Source of the DNA: an uncultured bacterium
GTDB taxonomy: Bacteria; Patescibacteriota; Minisyncoccia; Phycocordibacterales; Phycocordibacteraceae
Reading direction: 5' to 3'
Length of the DNA: 64,000 nucleotides
Assembly (NCBI GenBank): GCA_937879955.1
Contig: CALFMK010000003.1
Span: 12,581 to 76,580, forward strand
Shown here: positions 45,226 through 55,574 of the stretch, piece by piece
Layout: every line of letters begins with the position of its first letter
How positions within the stretch are numbered: position 1 is the stretch's first letter
Position numbers and translations under genes: made by a program
The notes under the pieces: model-generated
The model's database searches: none
Told to the model about the DNA's origin: nothing
What the model saw: only the letters and a program-made list of their open reading frames with translations

Positions 45226-46207
45226 CAAGGACTCGAAGCTCGTAGAAGACATGTTCGCGAAGGACATCGCGCAGAAGCCGACGCGCGACGGCTTCGGTGC
45301 GGGTACGGTAGAGGCAGGGAAGAAGGACGCGAACGTCGTGGTGCTCTGCGCCGACCTCAAGGAGTCGACGCGCGCGGAATGGTTCGAGAAGGAGTTCCCG
45401 GACCGCTTCATCGAGGTGGGGGTCGCGGAGCAGAACATGGCGACGGTGGCGGCCGGCATGGCTGCCGTGGGGAAGCGTCCGTTCATCGCGAGTTACGCGG
45501 CATTCAGCCCGGGCCGCAACTACGAGCAGATCCGCACCACCATCGCGCTCAACCGGCAGCCGGTCGTGATCGCGGGCATGCACGCAGGCGTCTCGGTCGG
45601 TCCTGACGGCGCAACGCATCAGATGCTCGAGGACATCGGCATGATGCGCATGCTCCCGGGCATGAACGTCATCGTCCCGGGGGACGCGGAGGAGGCGAGG
45701 AAGGCGGTCGTCGCTGCTGCCACCTGCGAGAGCCCGACCTACATACGCTTCGGCCGTACGGCGACGCCCGTCTTCACGACCCCGGAGACGCCGTTTTCGT
45801 TCGGGAAGGCGCTTCCGCTCTGGGAGAGCGACGCGCCGAAGGTGGCGATCCTCTCGACCGGCGCGCTCTCGTACGAGGCGCTCGTGGCGGCGCGCGCATT
45901 GGCTGCCGACGGCATCGAGGTCTCGGTGCTGCATAATCCGTCCGTGAAGCCGCTCGACGAGGTGGCGATCATGGCGAGCGCGAAGAAGGCAGGCCGCGTC
46001 ATCACGCTCGAGGAGCATCAGGCGGCAGGCGGGTTCGGGGGCGCGGTCGCGGAGCTCCTTGGCATGAGCTATCCGGTACCCGTGGTTCGTCTCGGCGTGC
46101 AGGATGCCTTCGGGCAGTCGGGAACGCCCGAAGAGCTGCTCGCGCACTACGGACTTTCTGCACAGGGTATAACTGCCGCAGTGCGACGCATGCTGGGAGT
46201 ACACTAG
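45218..46207 (+). CDS. tktB: transketolase, C-terminal (pyrimidine-binding) subunit
   Basis: 329 aa; RDGFG, FIEVGVAEQNM, GPDGATHQMLEDIGMMR; 8-bp overlap with the N-terminal subunit gene (split transketolase). Confidence 0.8.
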   Translation: MLNKDSKLVEDMFAKDIAQKPTRDGFGAGTVEAGKKDANVVVLCADLKESTRAEWFEKEFPDRFIEVGVAEQNMATVAAGMAAVGKRPFIASYAAFSPGRNYEQIRTTIALNRQPVVIAGMHAGVSVGPDGATHQMLEDIGMMRMLPGMNVIVPGDAEEARKAVVAAATCESPTYIRFGRTATPVFTTPETPFSFGKALPLWESDAPKVAILSTGALSYEALVAARALAADGIEVSVLHNPSVKPLDEVAIMASAKKAGRVITLEEHQAAGGFGGAVAELLGMSYPVPVVRLGVQDAFGQSGTPEELLAHYGLSAQGITAAVRRMLGVH

Positions 46208-46382
46208 GAGCATATGCACCGAAAACTATCGATCTATACGGCAGCGTTCATCATCACGCTCATCGGTTCTGGCGCGACGATGCTCATCGTGAACACGGCG
46301 TACTCCACGGCCGAAGCGATGGAGCTCGATGCTATCATCCCGTCAGTGCATGCGGACCTGAACCCATAGCGATATGAAGAGA

Positions 46383-46415
46383 AAGGGCCGGTCCGTGAGG
46401 ACCGGCCCTTTTCTG
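46383..46415. terminator. Bidirectional intrinsic terminator (aagggccggtcc-gtga-ggaccggccctt + TTTCTGTTTCTG)
   Basis: Perfect 12-bp stem between convergent tkt and PfkB-kinase genes. Confidence 0.8.
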
Positions 46416-46426
46416 TTTCTGTATCA

Positions 46427-47425
46427 CTACGCGACTTCGGCGATGTGGTACTCGGAAGGCGCGGTATCGAGATACGCCTGCAGCTTCTCCCGCGAGAGGA
46501 GGCCTGCCTGCGCGCCGATCTCCTGGACCACGCACATGGAATTGATCGGGCCCCAGAGGAGCGCGTCCTTGAGCGGCTGCCCGAGCGTAAGTGCGGCGGT
46601 GATGGTAGAGGCGAACGCGTCGCCCGCTCCGGTGCGCTCGAACGGCGCGCGGGCGTCAGGGTACATCGGTACGGCATAGATATGCGTTCCGTCGAACGCA
46701 TGCGCGTCCTTGCGGCCGTCCGTGATGATCACGGCCTGCGGACCGAGCGCTTTCAGCTTCTCGAGAAGCTCCTTGATCGGGGTCGGCGCGGAAAGGCCGA
46801 GGATACGCTCCGCCTCCTCCTTGTTCACGACGAGGAGATTCGCACGCTCGTAGATGGGACGGAGGGCGTCCACACCGAGCTTCATCTGGAACGTGCCAGG
46901 CTGGAAGGTGAGGAAGACGTCCGGATGCTCCGCGAGGTACGCGGCCATGTCGCGGTAGTAGGCTTCGCCCGCCTCGCCGAGCGAGGACAGGTAGATGGTC
47001 TTCGGAGCAGGGAGATCCTTAGGGAATACGTAGTCGTACGGCTCCGGCTTCACGAGGATGGTCCGCTCGCTCTCGTACCAGAGGACGTAGTGGTGGTTCG
47101 TCTTCTTTCCCGCCATCTTCGCGACATATCTAACGTCCAGGCCCTCCTTCGCGAAGGATTCCAGGATGAGTTCGCCATCCCGGTCGTCGCCGATGGTGGC
47201 CATGAGCGCGGACGAGAGGCCGAGCCGGGAGGCCGCGACCGCCGCGTTCGCGGAGTTGCCGACGCCCGCGAGGAGCGTGGATGACTCGAACGGTATCTTG
47301 TCCCCCCAGCGCATGGTTATGGTGCAGCGCTCGGAGTCTATGTCGCAGGTGACGGTAGCGTCCTTGATGCGGATAAAGTCGTCGACGACGGTATCGCCGA
47401 TGGCGAGGAAATCAATAGGCTTCAT
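46427..47425 (-). CDS. PfkB-family carbohydrate/nucleoside kinase (ribokinase-like)
   Basis: 332 aa; C-terminal FERTGAGDAFASTITAALTLG (DTxGAGD motif), N-terminal GG-type motif region. Confidence 0.75.
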   Translation of the reverse strand: MKPIDFLAIGDTVVDDFIRIKDATVTCDIDSERCTITMRWGDKIPFESSTLLAGVGNSANAAVAASRLGLSSALMATIGDDRDGELILESFAKEGLDVRYVAKMAGKKTNHHYVLWYESERTILVKPEPYDYVFPKDLPAPKTIYLSSLGEAGEAYYRDMAAYLAEHPDVFLTFQPGTFQMKLGVDALRPIYERANLLVVNKEEAERILGLSAPTPIKELLEKLKALGPQAVIITDGRKDAHAFDGTHIYAVPMYPDARAPFERTGAGDAFASTITAALTLGQPLKDALLWGPINSMCVVQEIGAQAGLLSREKLQAYLDTAPSEYHIAEVA

Positions 47426-47494
47426 GACCGGAGTATACCGTACGCCGCTCGGGGTAATCCCAAGGCAGGGGACGGGAGCGAGGCGGACGTCGGC

Positions 47495-47500
47495 TATACT
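47495..47500 (+). promoter_or_regulatory. -10-like TATACT 6 nt upstream of the ATG at 47507
   Basis: cggcTATACTggatgcATG. Confidence 0.4.
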
Positions 47501-47506
47501 GGATGC

Positions 47507-48505
47507 ATGACCGACCTTTCAGATATCGCACGCTCCCTCCTCGCTCCTGGGAAGGGCGTCCTCGCTGCCGACGAATCCGACGCCTCGGCGGACGAGAAGC
47601 GCCTTGCACCCTACGGCATCAAGACCGGGCCTGAGATGCGCCGCAAGTTCCGCGACATGCTCCTGGCCACGCCCGGCATCGAGACGTATCTCACCGGCGT
47701 GATCCTGTACAAGGAGACTCTCACGCAGAAGGCCGACGACGGGACGCCGTTCCCGACGCTCCTCTCGTCCCGCGGCATCATCCCGGGCATCAAGGTGGAC
47801 GAAGGGCTCGAACCCTTAGCTGAGAGTCCGGACGAGTCGATCACGAAGGGGCTCCTCGGATTGCCTGAGCGCCTCGCGGAATACCGCTCTAGCTATGGAA
47901 CCGGCTTCACGAAGTGGCGCGCCGCGATAAAGATCGACGGGGACCGCCTGCCGTCCAGCCGCGCGCTCGTCGAGAACGCGAAGCGGCTCGCCGCCTACGC
48001 ATGCGAGGTGCAGCGCGCAGGCATGGTGCCGATACTCGAGCCGGAGGTACTCCTCCAGGGGAAGCACAGCAGGCTCCGTGCGCGCGCCGTGATGGCAGAG
48101 ACGTTCAAGGCGCTCTTCGATGCGCTCAACGAGCAGTGCGCCGACATCTCAGGCGTGATACTCAAGACCTCGATGGCGCTCTCCGGAAGCGAGAGCGGAC
48201 GCATCGATACGCCTGAGGAGGTCGCCATGGATACGGTAGCCGTGCTCATGGAGACCGTGCCGACGGATCTCGGCGGCGTCATCTTCCTCTCGGGCGGACA
48301 GACGCCGGACCAGGCGACGGATAACCTCGCTGCGATAACGAAGCGTGCGCGGGAAGCGAAGGCACCATGGCCCCTCACGTTCTCGTATGCTCGGGCGCTC
48401 CAGGAGGAGGCGCTCGCTATCTGGAAGGGAGAGGATGCGAACGTACCGGCTGCGCGTGAGGCGTTCCTCGCGCGCCTCGAGAAAGTGGCTCATGCCGTAC
48501 GCTGA
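47507..48505 (+). CDS. fba: fructose-bisphosphate aldolase, class I
   Basis: 332 aa; GKGVLAADES N-terminal motif, Schiff-base Lys region LEPEVLLQG characteristic of class I (glycolytic) aldolases. Confidence 0.75.
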   Translation: MTDLSDIARSLLAPGKGVLAADESDASADEKRLAPYGIKTGPEMRRKFRDMLLATPGIETYLTGVILYKETLTQKADDGTPFPTLLSSRGIIPGIKVDEGLEPLAESPDESITKGLLGLPERLAEYRSSYGTGFTKWRAAIKIDGDRLPSSRALVENAKRLAAYACEVQRAGMVPILEPEVLLQGKHSRLRARAVMAETFKALFDALNEQCADISGVILKTSMALSGSESGRIDTPEEVAMDTVAVLMETVPTDLGGVIFLSGGQTPDQATDNLAAITKRAREAKAPWPLTFSYARALQEEALAIWKGEDANVPAAREAFLARLEKVAHAVR

Positions 48506-49022
48506 TACAGCTCGTCGCGGATTCACCCTCATAGAGCTCCTCGTGGTGATCGCCATCATCGGCATCCTCTCATCCGTCGTACTCGCGAGCTTGAACGCGG
48601 CGCGCGGACGGGCGAACGACGTGCGGCGTGCACAGGACCTGCGTCAGATACAGAGAGCGATAGAACTCTATGCTGATGAGAACGGGCATTATCCGAACTC
48701 TGGCGCTACCTACGCTGCCTTCGATGCGCCGAATTACCGCGGGAACCCGATCATATCTCCGAACGCCGCGAATATCGCGGAGGCGCTCGCACCATATATA
48801 GGTAAGATTGGGGACCCGGGGCCAGTCACGGCCGACGCAGGCTACCTCTACCGGGGAGGCGGGAACGACTACTGTGTGCTCATCTATAAGACGCCGCAGG
48901 ATATGCGGAATTTCAGCGCTGGCATGGTTCCGGCGCGGTGCACTGGTGTGACCGGAAGTCAGTGCAATTCCGGCATCAATGCCATCTATGTGGGCGTAGG
49001 CGCGCACGCTGCCGGCTGCTAG
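48492..49022 (+). CDS. type IV pilin-like protein
   Basis: Start reassigned to MPYADTARRG|FTLIELLVVIAIIGILSSVVLASL at 48492 (overlaps the fba 3' end by 14 bp); prepilin signal. Confidence 0.7.
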   Translation: MPYADTARRGFTLIELLVVIAIIGILSSVVLASLNAARGRANDVRRAQDLRQIQRAIELYADENGHYPNSGATYAAFDAPNYRGNPIISPNAANIAEALAPYIGKIGDPGPVTADAGYLYRGGGNDYCVLIYKTPQDMRNFSAGMVPARCTGVTGSQCNSGINAIYVGVGAHAAGC

Positions 49023-49074
49023 GAGCATCCGCATCCTTGCGTGAGCGGGGTATTTCAGGCATACTCCTTCCACT

Positions 49075-49716
49075 ATGCAGCACCGCCTCACCGTTTCCCC
49101 TCGCACCGTCGTGGGCAAGACCTCTATCAGCCTCAGCAAGGAAGGGAAGCTTCCTGCGGTCGTCTACGGCCCGAAGCAGGACCCTATCTCCGTCAGCGTC
49201 GAGCTCACCGAGTTCCAGGCGCTCCTTCGCCATGGCGGCGAGTCCGCGCTCATCGAGCTCGCAGGCCTCGAGAAGCCGATGCAGGTCCTCATCCATGACC
49301 TCGACCGCGACCCGGTGACCCACGTCCCTCGCCACGCGGACTTCTTCGCGGTTGAGAAGGGCGCGAAGGTCACGGTCTCCGTGCCGCTCGCGTTCGTCGG
49401 CGATTCCGCGGCCGTGAAGGCAGGTGCGAATCTCGTGAAGGTCCTCCATGAGGTCGAGATCGAGTCCGACCCTACGAAGCTCCCTTCGGAGATCGAGGTA
49501 GACATCTCGAAGCTCGAGGCGGTGAACGACCAGATCCACGTCTCTGACCTCAAGGCACCGAACGGCGTCGAGATCCTCACGCCAGCGGAGGAGGTCGTCG
49601 CGCTCGCGCAGGCCGTCGAGGAAGAGACCGACGAGTCGTCGGCAGGTCCTGATATGGATGCCATTCAGGTAGAGAAGAAGGGCAAGGGCGAGGAGGGAGA
49701 CGAGTCCGCTTCCTAA
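49075..49716 (+). CDS. rplY: 50S ribosomal protein L25 / general stress protein Ctc
   Basis: 213 aa; GKLPAVVYG, long L25/Ctc body with acidic C-terminal tail. Confidence 0.8.
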   Translation: MQHRLTVSPRTVVGKTSISLSKEGKLPAVVYGPKQDPISVSVELTEFQALLRHGGESALIELAGLEKPMQVLIHDLDRDPVTHVPRHADFFAVEKGAKVTVSVPLAFVGDSAAVKAGANLVKVLHEVEIESDPTKLPSEIEVDISKLEAVNDQIHVSDLKAPNGVEILTPAEEVVALAQAVEEETDESSAGPDMDAIQVEKKGKGEEGDESAS

Positions 49717-49725
49717 GCAGCTTAT

Positions 49726-49764
49726 AAAGAAGAGCCCGCGGCAAGTGCCGCGGGCTCTTCTTTA
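49726..49764 (+). terminator. Rho-independent terminator (aaagaagagcccgcggca-ag-tgccgcgggctcttcttt)
   Basis: Long perfect stem with T tail. Confidence 0.8.
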
Positions 49765-49848
49765 TAACGATCGTCCATAGCGAACAGGCCACAGGGCAAT
49801 CCCCATAATCCGAAGAGTATATGCTCTATGAGAGGTATACTGGATTTC

Positions 49849-50829
49849 ATGAGCGAGACATCTACCCCGACCTATCGCGTTCCTGGTTCCAAGGAGCCTC
49901 GCAGCTCTCTTTCGAAGCGAACCCTTCTTATCATAGGTGCGATCGTGCTCTTATTCGTCGTAGTGGCCTCCTTGCCTACGGTCACGCGCCCGTTCCGCGA
50001 TGCCAATAGCGCTCGCACGATCGGAGCGATCTTCCCGAACGCGGAGTTCTTCAGCGATTATCCGGACCGGACGGACATATACGCCATCGAGGACGGGAAA
50101 TTCGTGACGCGCGCCTCTGGCCCGCTCGTCATCGCGAGCGTCATGACGGAGGCGGGGACCTTCCGTATCGTGCGCGCCGCGGACGGACTGTTCGAAATCC
50201 GGAAGGGCGATCATCTCCTCCTTACCTCGAAGTTCCCGCTCTCGGGCCTCGACGCGTCTCCTGACGGTACGTACCTGACCTATGCGCAGCAGTCCGAAAG
50301 CGTCCCTCCTCGTATCATCGATGGCAGGCTCATACCGTTCGAACGGTTGAAGACCAGTGAATGGCACACCATCGTGCTCGAGGTGGCGACGAATGCCGGG
50401 TTCGACATGGGGGAGGGCGTCCAGCCGTTCTTCGTGGACGAGACGCATATCGTGCGCACAGCGCCTCTGGGTATCTACGCGTCGGACATAAAGACCGGCG
50501 AAGCTACGCTCCTCCTCGAGAAGCCGTTCGCGTTCGTGTCTCTCGTACCGCTCGTGTCGCCTGACAGGACGCGCATGGGCGCGCAGATAGATGACAGCAA
50601 GAACGTGTCCGTCTTCAAGGTGTCGCTCGATGGCGCCGAAGAGATAGCATCGATCCCGCTCATCGACCGCGTGACGTCCTACGTGCTCGGGAACGCGGAG
50701 CTCTACATGCTGCGCACGGAAGCGTTCGGCACCGAGGTATGGCGGCAGCCGTTCGAATCCGGGGCGAGCGCGACGCTCGAGGGCGACCTTCCGGAGATAT
50801 TGCACATGACGCGCATAAGCAACACATAG
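49849..50829 (+). CDS. membrane-anchored hypothetical protein, possibly TolB-like beta-propeller
   Basis: Start at MSETST (TATACT 7 nt upstream); TM LLIIGAIVLLFVVVASL; SPDGTYLTYA / SPDRTRM repeats resemble TolB-type blades. Confidence 0.4.
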   Translation: MSETSTPTYRVPGSKEPRSSLSKRTLLIIGAIVLLFVVVASLPTVTRPFRDANSARTIGAIFPNAEFFSDYPDRTDIYAIEDGKFVTRASGPLVIASVMTEAGTFRIVRAADGLFEIRKGDHLLLTSKFPLSGLDASPDGTYLTYAQQSESVPPRIIDGRLIPFERLKTSEWHTIVLEVATNAGFDMGEGVQPFFVDETHIVRTAPLGIYASDIKTGEATLLLEKPFAFVSLVPLVSPDRTRMGAQIDDSKNVSVFKVSLDGAEEIASIPLIDRVTSYVLGNAELYMLRTEAFGTEVWRQPFESGASATLEGDLPEILHMTRISNT

Positions 50830-50833
50830 ACCT

Positions 50834-52222
50834 ATGAAGAAGCATCAGACACTCATCGCGCTCAAGCCCGTCTTCGCACCGGCCGGTATCCTTGCTGTAT
50901 CGGCGGCGATCGCCATCGCAATCATCTTCCCGTCGCTGCAGGCGTTCGCAGGGTCGTTGCAGTACACTGGGTCGAGCTCATACGTTAATCCGATCGTGAC
51001 CTGCGGCTATGCGTATAACGGTTGGAGCATAGATGAGATTGATACGAACACGTGCGACGACTTCACATGCGACGCGTCCAATAACGGGCGCGGCTGCCAG
51101 ATCATCACCGAGACCGGTACGGTACCGAGCGGCAGCATCGGTTGCGACAACTCGACCGGCTGCGCAGGCGGCGGCATGTACGACCACGTCTGTCGCGTCG
51201 ATTCCTACACCTGCGTTCATCAGACGTGTACCCCGAACAGTTCCTGTGCCGCGAACACCTGCAATACCGGCACCTGCTCGGATTCCTGCGGCAACGTCTA
51301 TGCAGGCACCAAGGATTGCTCGGTGCCATGTACCGCCTCCAATTCCTGCGGCCAGTCCAACAGCGGAACGATGGTGAACGGCGTCTGCAGCGCGAGCGCG
51401 CCGGCGAACCCTGCCGGCTATGGCAACTCCTGCAGCTCAGGCGCGAACTCCTGCGGCATGGTCAACTACGGCAGCATCCAGTGCAACGGAACCTGCTCGG
51501 CATCGACCCCGTCGAACTCGCTGTGCCCGACCCAGCCGACCTGCGTCTCATACCAAGGCCAGTCCTGCTCGGCATCGAACTCCTGCGGCAACCAGACCAA
51601 TTACGGCACATACCAGTGCAACGGCTCCTGCTCCGCCTCGACCCCGTCCGACAGCTCCTGCCCGGCGGCGCCGAGCCCTAGTGTCTCCTGCACCGCCTCC
51701 GCCACGAGCGTCTCCGTGGGCGGCAGCGTCACGTACTCCGCGAATCCGGCAGACGGCGCCTCGAGCCCGTACACCTGGACCGCCGGCGACGGCGGAAGCT
51801 ACGGGTCCGCGTCTACCGCCACCCGCACCTTCTCAACCGCCGGCACCTACGCCATGAACGTCCGGGGCACCAACACGAGCACCTCGTACTGCCCGAACGT
51901 CACCGTTACGAGCGCCGCCGGCGGCTGGTGCACCAGCGCCACCCCGGCCCTCAGCATCACGGCAGGCGCTACGCGCGTGAAGATGGGGCAGAGCACCACG
52001 ATCTCCTGGAGCGCCTCGGGCGTTAACGGCCAGAACGCCTCCTGCACTGTCACGGGACCAGGCGTGGCCTGGACCTCGGCGGTCTCCGCCTCGCCGTCCT
52101 GCAGCGTGCCGTCGAGCTCCTCCTCCGCCACCATCACGGGCCAGAGCACCTATACGCTCACCTGCGGCAGCCAGAGCAAGAGCGTGACGGTTAACGTTAT
52201 CCCGAACTTTACGGAGTTCTAA
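50834..52222 (+). CDS. Cys-rich repetitive surface protein with C-terminal PKD/Ig-like domains
   Basis: N-terminal signal/TM; three ~40-aa repeats CSASNSCG..NYG..QCNG(T/S)CSASTPS (also visible as DNA repeats); PKD motif YTWTAGDGGS...GTYAMNVRGTN. Confidence 0.55.
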   Translation: MKKHQTLIALKPVFAPAGILAVSAAIAIAIIFPSLQAFAGSLQYTGSSSYVNPIVTCGYAYNGWSIDEIDTNTCDDFTCDASNNGRGCQIITETGTVPSGSIGCDNSTGCAGGGMYDHVCRVDSYTCVHQTCTPNSSCAANTCNTGTCSDSCGNVYAGTKDCSVPCTASNSCGQSNSGTMVNGVCSASAPANPAGYGNSCSSGANSCGMVNYGSIQCNGTCSASTPSNSLCPTQPTCVSYQGQSCSASNSCGNQTNYGTYQCNGSCSASTPSDSSCPAAPSPSVSCTASATSVSVGGSVTYSANPADGASSPYTWTAGDGGSYGSASTATRTFSTAGTYAMNVRGTNTSTSYCPNVTVTSAAGGWCTSATPALSITAGATRVKMGQSTTISWSASGVNGQNASCTVTGPGVAWTSAVSASPSCSVPSSSSSATITGQSTYTLTCGSQSKSVTVNVIPNFTEF

Positions 52223-52239
52223 TCGCGCTCCGTTACATG

Positions 52240-52280
52240 GAAGAGCCTCGTCGCGTAAGTGCGACGAGGCTCTTTCGTCT
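52240..52280 (+). terminator. Rho-independent terminator (gaagagcctcgtcgc-gtaagt-gcgacgaggctctt + TCGTCTTC)
   Basis: Seen in sequence. Confidence 0.75.
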
Positions 52281-52302
52281 TCTGGTATACTGATACCTCA
52301 TC

Positions 52303-53637
52303 ATGAAGCGCGCACTGCTTGTCCTTTCGATACTCGCCCTCGTCGCAAGCGTCGTCCCGGCGGCGATCTACGCGCAGGAGCTCACCGGAGAGGAACGCGC
52401 CAAGCTCGAGCGTCAGCTCGCCGATCTCGAGAAGGAGATGCAGAAGACCCAGGCGACCATCGACGGGCTCGCGAGCGAGGGAGAGTCATTGAAGCGCGAC
52501 ATCGCCATCCTCGACGGGGAGATCAAGAAGGCGAAGCTCCAGGTGCAGACCACGGAGCTCGAGATCAAGGCGCTCTCCGCCGGCATCCAGGTGCACGGAC
52601 GCACCATCGGCACGCTCTCTGAGAAGATGACGCGCGAGCAGCAGTCGCTCGCCCAGATCCTGCGCCGTACCGACCAGATCGACGACGTGTCGCTCGTCGA
52701 GGCCGTGCTCAGTAACGGCGACCTCTCCGACGTGTTCGGCGATCTCGACACCTTCGCATCCATCAAGCAGGCCATGCGCATCTCGTTCGAGGACCTGCGC
52801 GCTACGCGCATCGAAACGGAGAAGGAGAAATCCGGCCTCGAGAGCCAGCGCACCGACCAGGAGATCCTCCGTAGCGCGCTCGTGCAGAACCAGAAGCAGG
52901 TTGAGTCCAAGGAAGCCGAGAAGCAGACCTTGCTCGCGCAGACCAAGGGCCAGGAGAGCATGTACCGCCAGCTGAAGTCGGTGCAGGAGCAGACGGCCGC
53001 GCAGATCCGCGCGAAGCTCTTCCCGCTGCGCGACACGGAGGGCATCCAGTTCGGCCAGGCGGTGGAGTACGCGAAGGTGGCGTCGAAGGTCACGGGCGTC
53101 CGTCCGGCGATGATCCTCGCGATCCTCTCGCAGGAGTCTGACCTCGGCAAGAACGTCGGCCAGTGCCTCATCACGAGCCTCGAGACGGGCGACGGGAAGG
53201 GGAAGAACACGGGCACCCCGTTCCCGGGCACCATGAAGGCGCCGCGCGACACCGTGCCGTTCGAGCAGATCATGAAGGCGGCAGGACGTGACTGGTCCGC
53301 GACACCGGTATCGTGCCCGCTCCCAGGAGGCTACGGCGGCGCGATGGGTCCGACGCAGTTCATTCCGTCCACGTGGGCCATGTACGAGGCACGCATCGAG
53401 TCCGCGCTCGGCGTGAAGGCCGCTGATCCCTGGAACGCGCTGCATGCTATCACCGCCACCGGCCTCTATCTCGCCGACGTTGGCGCTGCCGGAGGGACCT
53501 ATCTTGCCGAGCATACGGCCGCCGCGAAGTACTACGCGGGAGGGAACTGGGCCACGAGCGGACAGGCATATGGGACGAGCGTGATGAACAAGGCTGCCGC
53601 CTTCCAGAAGGACATCGATTTCTTGAGCGCGAACTAG
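52303..53637 (+). CDS. secreted coiled-coil protein with C-terminal lytic transglycosylase (MltB/SLT-like) domain
   Basis: Signal peptide; ~250 aa heptad-rich region; C-terminal AILSQESDLG ... GAMGPTQFIPSTW matches the MltB-family catalytic motif (ES...GxxQ..P.T). Confidence 0.6.
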   Translation: MKRALLVLSILALVASVVPAAIYAQELTGEERAKLERQLADLEKEMQKTQATIDGLASEGESLKRDIAILDGEIKKAKLQVQTTELEIKALSAGIQVHGRTIGTLSEKMTREQQSLAQILRRTDQIDDVSLVEAVLSNGDLSDVFGDLDTFASIKQAMRISFEDLRATRIETEKEKSGLESQRTDQEILRSALVQNQKQVESKEAEKQTLLAQTKGQESMYRQLKSVQEQTAAQIRAKLFPLRDTEGIQFGQAVEYAKVASKVTGVRPAMILAILSQESDLGKNVGQCLITSLETGDGKGKNTGTPFPGTMKAPRDTVPFEQIMKAAGRDWSATPVSCPLPGGYGGAMGPTQFIPSTWAMYEARIESALGVKAADPWNALHAITATGLYLADVGAAGGTYLAEHTAAAKYYAGGNWATSGQAYGTSVMNKAAAFQKDIDFLSAN

Positions 53638-53740
53638 TCCCTACAGAAATCCTTTATAGAGGGTGTCGCCTGTGCCGAGCCGTACGGGGTTCCATGGAGC
53701 AGTTGCCTGGGTTTGTCGCCTCTGGTATAGTTTCCGGGCA

Positions 53741-53995
53741 ATGAAGAAAGACATCCATCCAGCCGACTACCGACAGGTCCTCTTCGAGGACATGTCCTCG
53801 GGCGCCCAGTTCCTCGTGGGATCCACGATCCGTACGAACGAGACCGGGACCTATGAGGGCAAGGAGTACCCGAAGCACGTGATCGAGATTTCGAGCGCGT
53901 CCCACCCGTTCTACACGGGCGAGGACCGTACCCTCGACAAGACCGGCCGCGTCGAGCGCTTCAAGCAGCGCGTCGCAGCCGCGAAGGCTAAGTAA
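53741..53995 (+). CDS. rpmE: 50S ribosomal protein L31
   Basis: MKKDIHPADYRQVLF..., 84 aa; TATAGT 9 nt upstream. Confidence 0.85.
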   Translation: MKKDIHPADYRQVLFEDMSSGAQFLVGSTIRTNETGTYEGKEYPKHVIEISSASHPFYTGEDRTLDKTGRVERFKQRVAAAKAK

Positions 53996-54005
53996 GGTCG
54001 GCCAT

Positions 54006-54044
54006 GAAAGGAGCGGAGACACCCAGTGTCTCCGCTCCTTTCTG
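54006..54044 (+). terminator. Rho-independent terminator (gaaaggagcggagaca-cccag-tgtctccgctcctttc)
   Basis: Perfect stem plus T tail. Confidence 0.8.
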
Positions 54045-54072
54045 TACCCCCGCTCTCTGATACCATACTCCC

Positions 54073-55029
<957 letters not shown>

Positions 55030-55045
55030 GTCCTGCGCCGTCTCT

Positions 55046-55066
55046 GGGCGCGCTATACTCTTCGTA
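55046..55066 (+). promoter_or_regulatory. Promoter module gggcgcgcTATACTcttcgta (identical to 5771..5791) immediately upstream of the pilin ATG at 55067
   Basis: 21-nt identity. Confidence 0.5.
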
Positions 55067-55555
55067 ATGAGACTGCGCGCGAAAGGCTTCACCTTGATCG
55101 AGCTCCTCGTGGTTATCGCCATCATCGGCATCCTCTCGTCGGTCGTGCTCGCGTCCCTGAACAATGCGCGCGCGAAGGCGCGGGATGCGGAGCGTCTTTC
55201 CGATATGCAGCAGGTCGTGAGAGCGCTCGAACTCTATGCCAATGACAACGGAGGAAACTACCCGGTTGCTGGGAGCTGGATGGGCGTCTGCTCGAACTTC
55301 GGTAGCAAGGGAACGTCGGGCGCGAACGGCTGGGTCCCGAACCTCGCGCCGACCTACATGCCCGAGCTTCCCGTAGACCCGAAGCCCGTTGGTACGAACG
55401 GGTGCTATCTCTACAAATCCACCGGCACGGACTACATGCTGCTCGTCTACCTGACCATCGAGTCCTACACCTCGACCACGAACCGGTGGAAGCGGCCGGG
55501 CTACCCGAACGAGCCGGATTTCGCGTTCTATACCCCAGGCGCTTCTACGTGGTAG
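55067..55555 (+). CDS. type IV pilin-like protein
   Basis: MRLRAKG|FTLIELLVVIAIIGILSSVVLASL. Confidence 0.75.
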   Translation: MRLRAKGFTLIELLVVIAIIGILSSVVLASLNNARAKARDAERLSDMQQVVRALELYANDNGGNYPVAGSWMGVCSNFGSKGTSGANGWVPNLAPTYMPELPVDPKPVGTNGCYLYKSTGTDYMLLVYLTIESYTSTTNRWKRPGYPNEPDFAFYTPGASTW

Positions 55556-55574
55556 GGCATTGTACTATTTGCTT

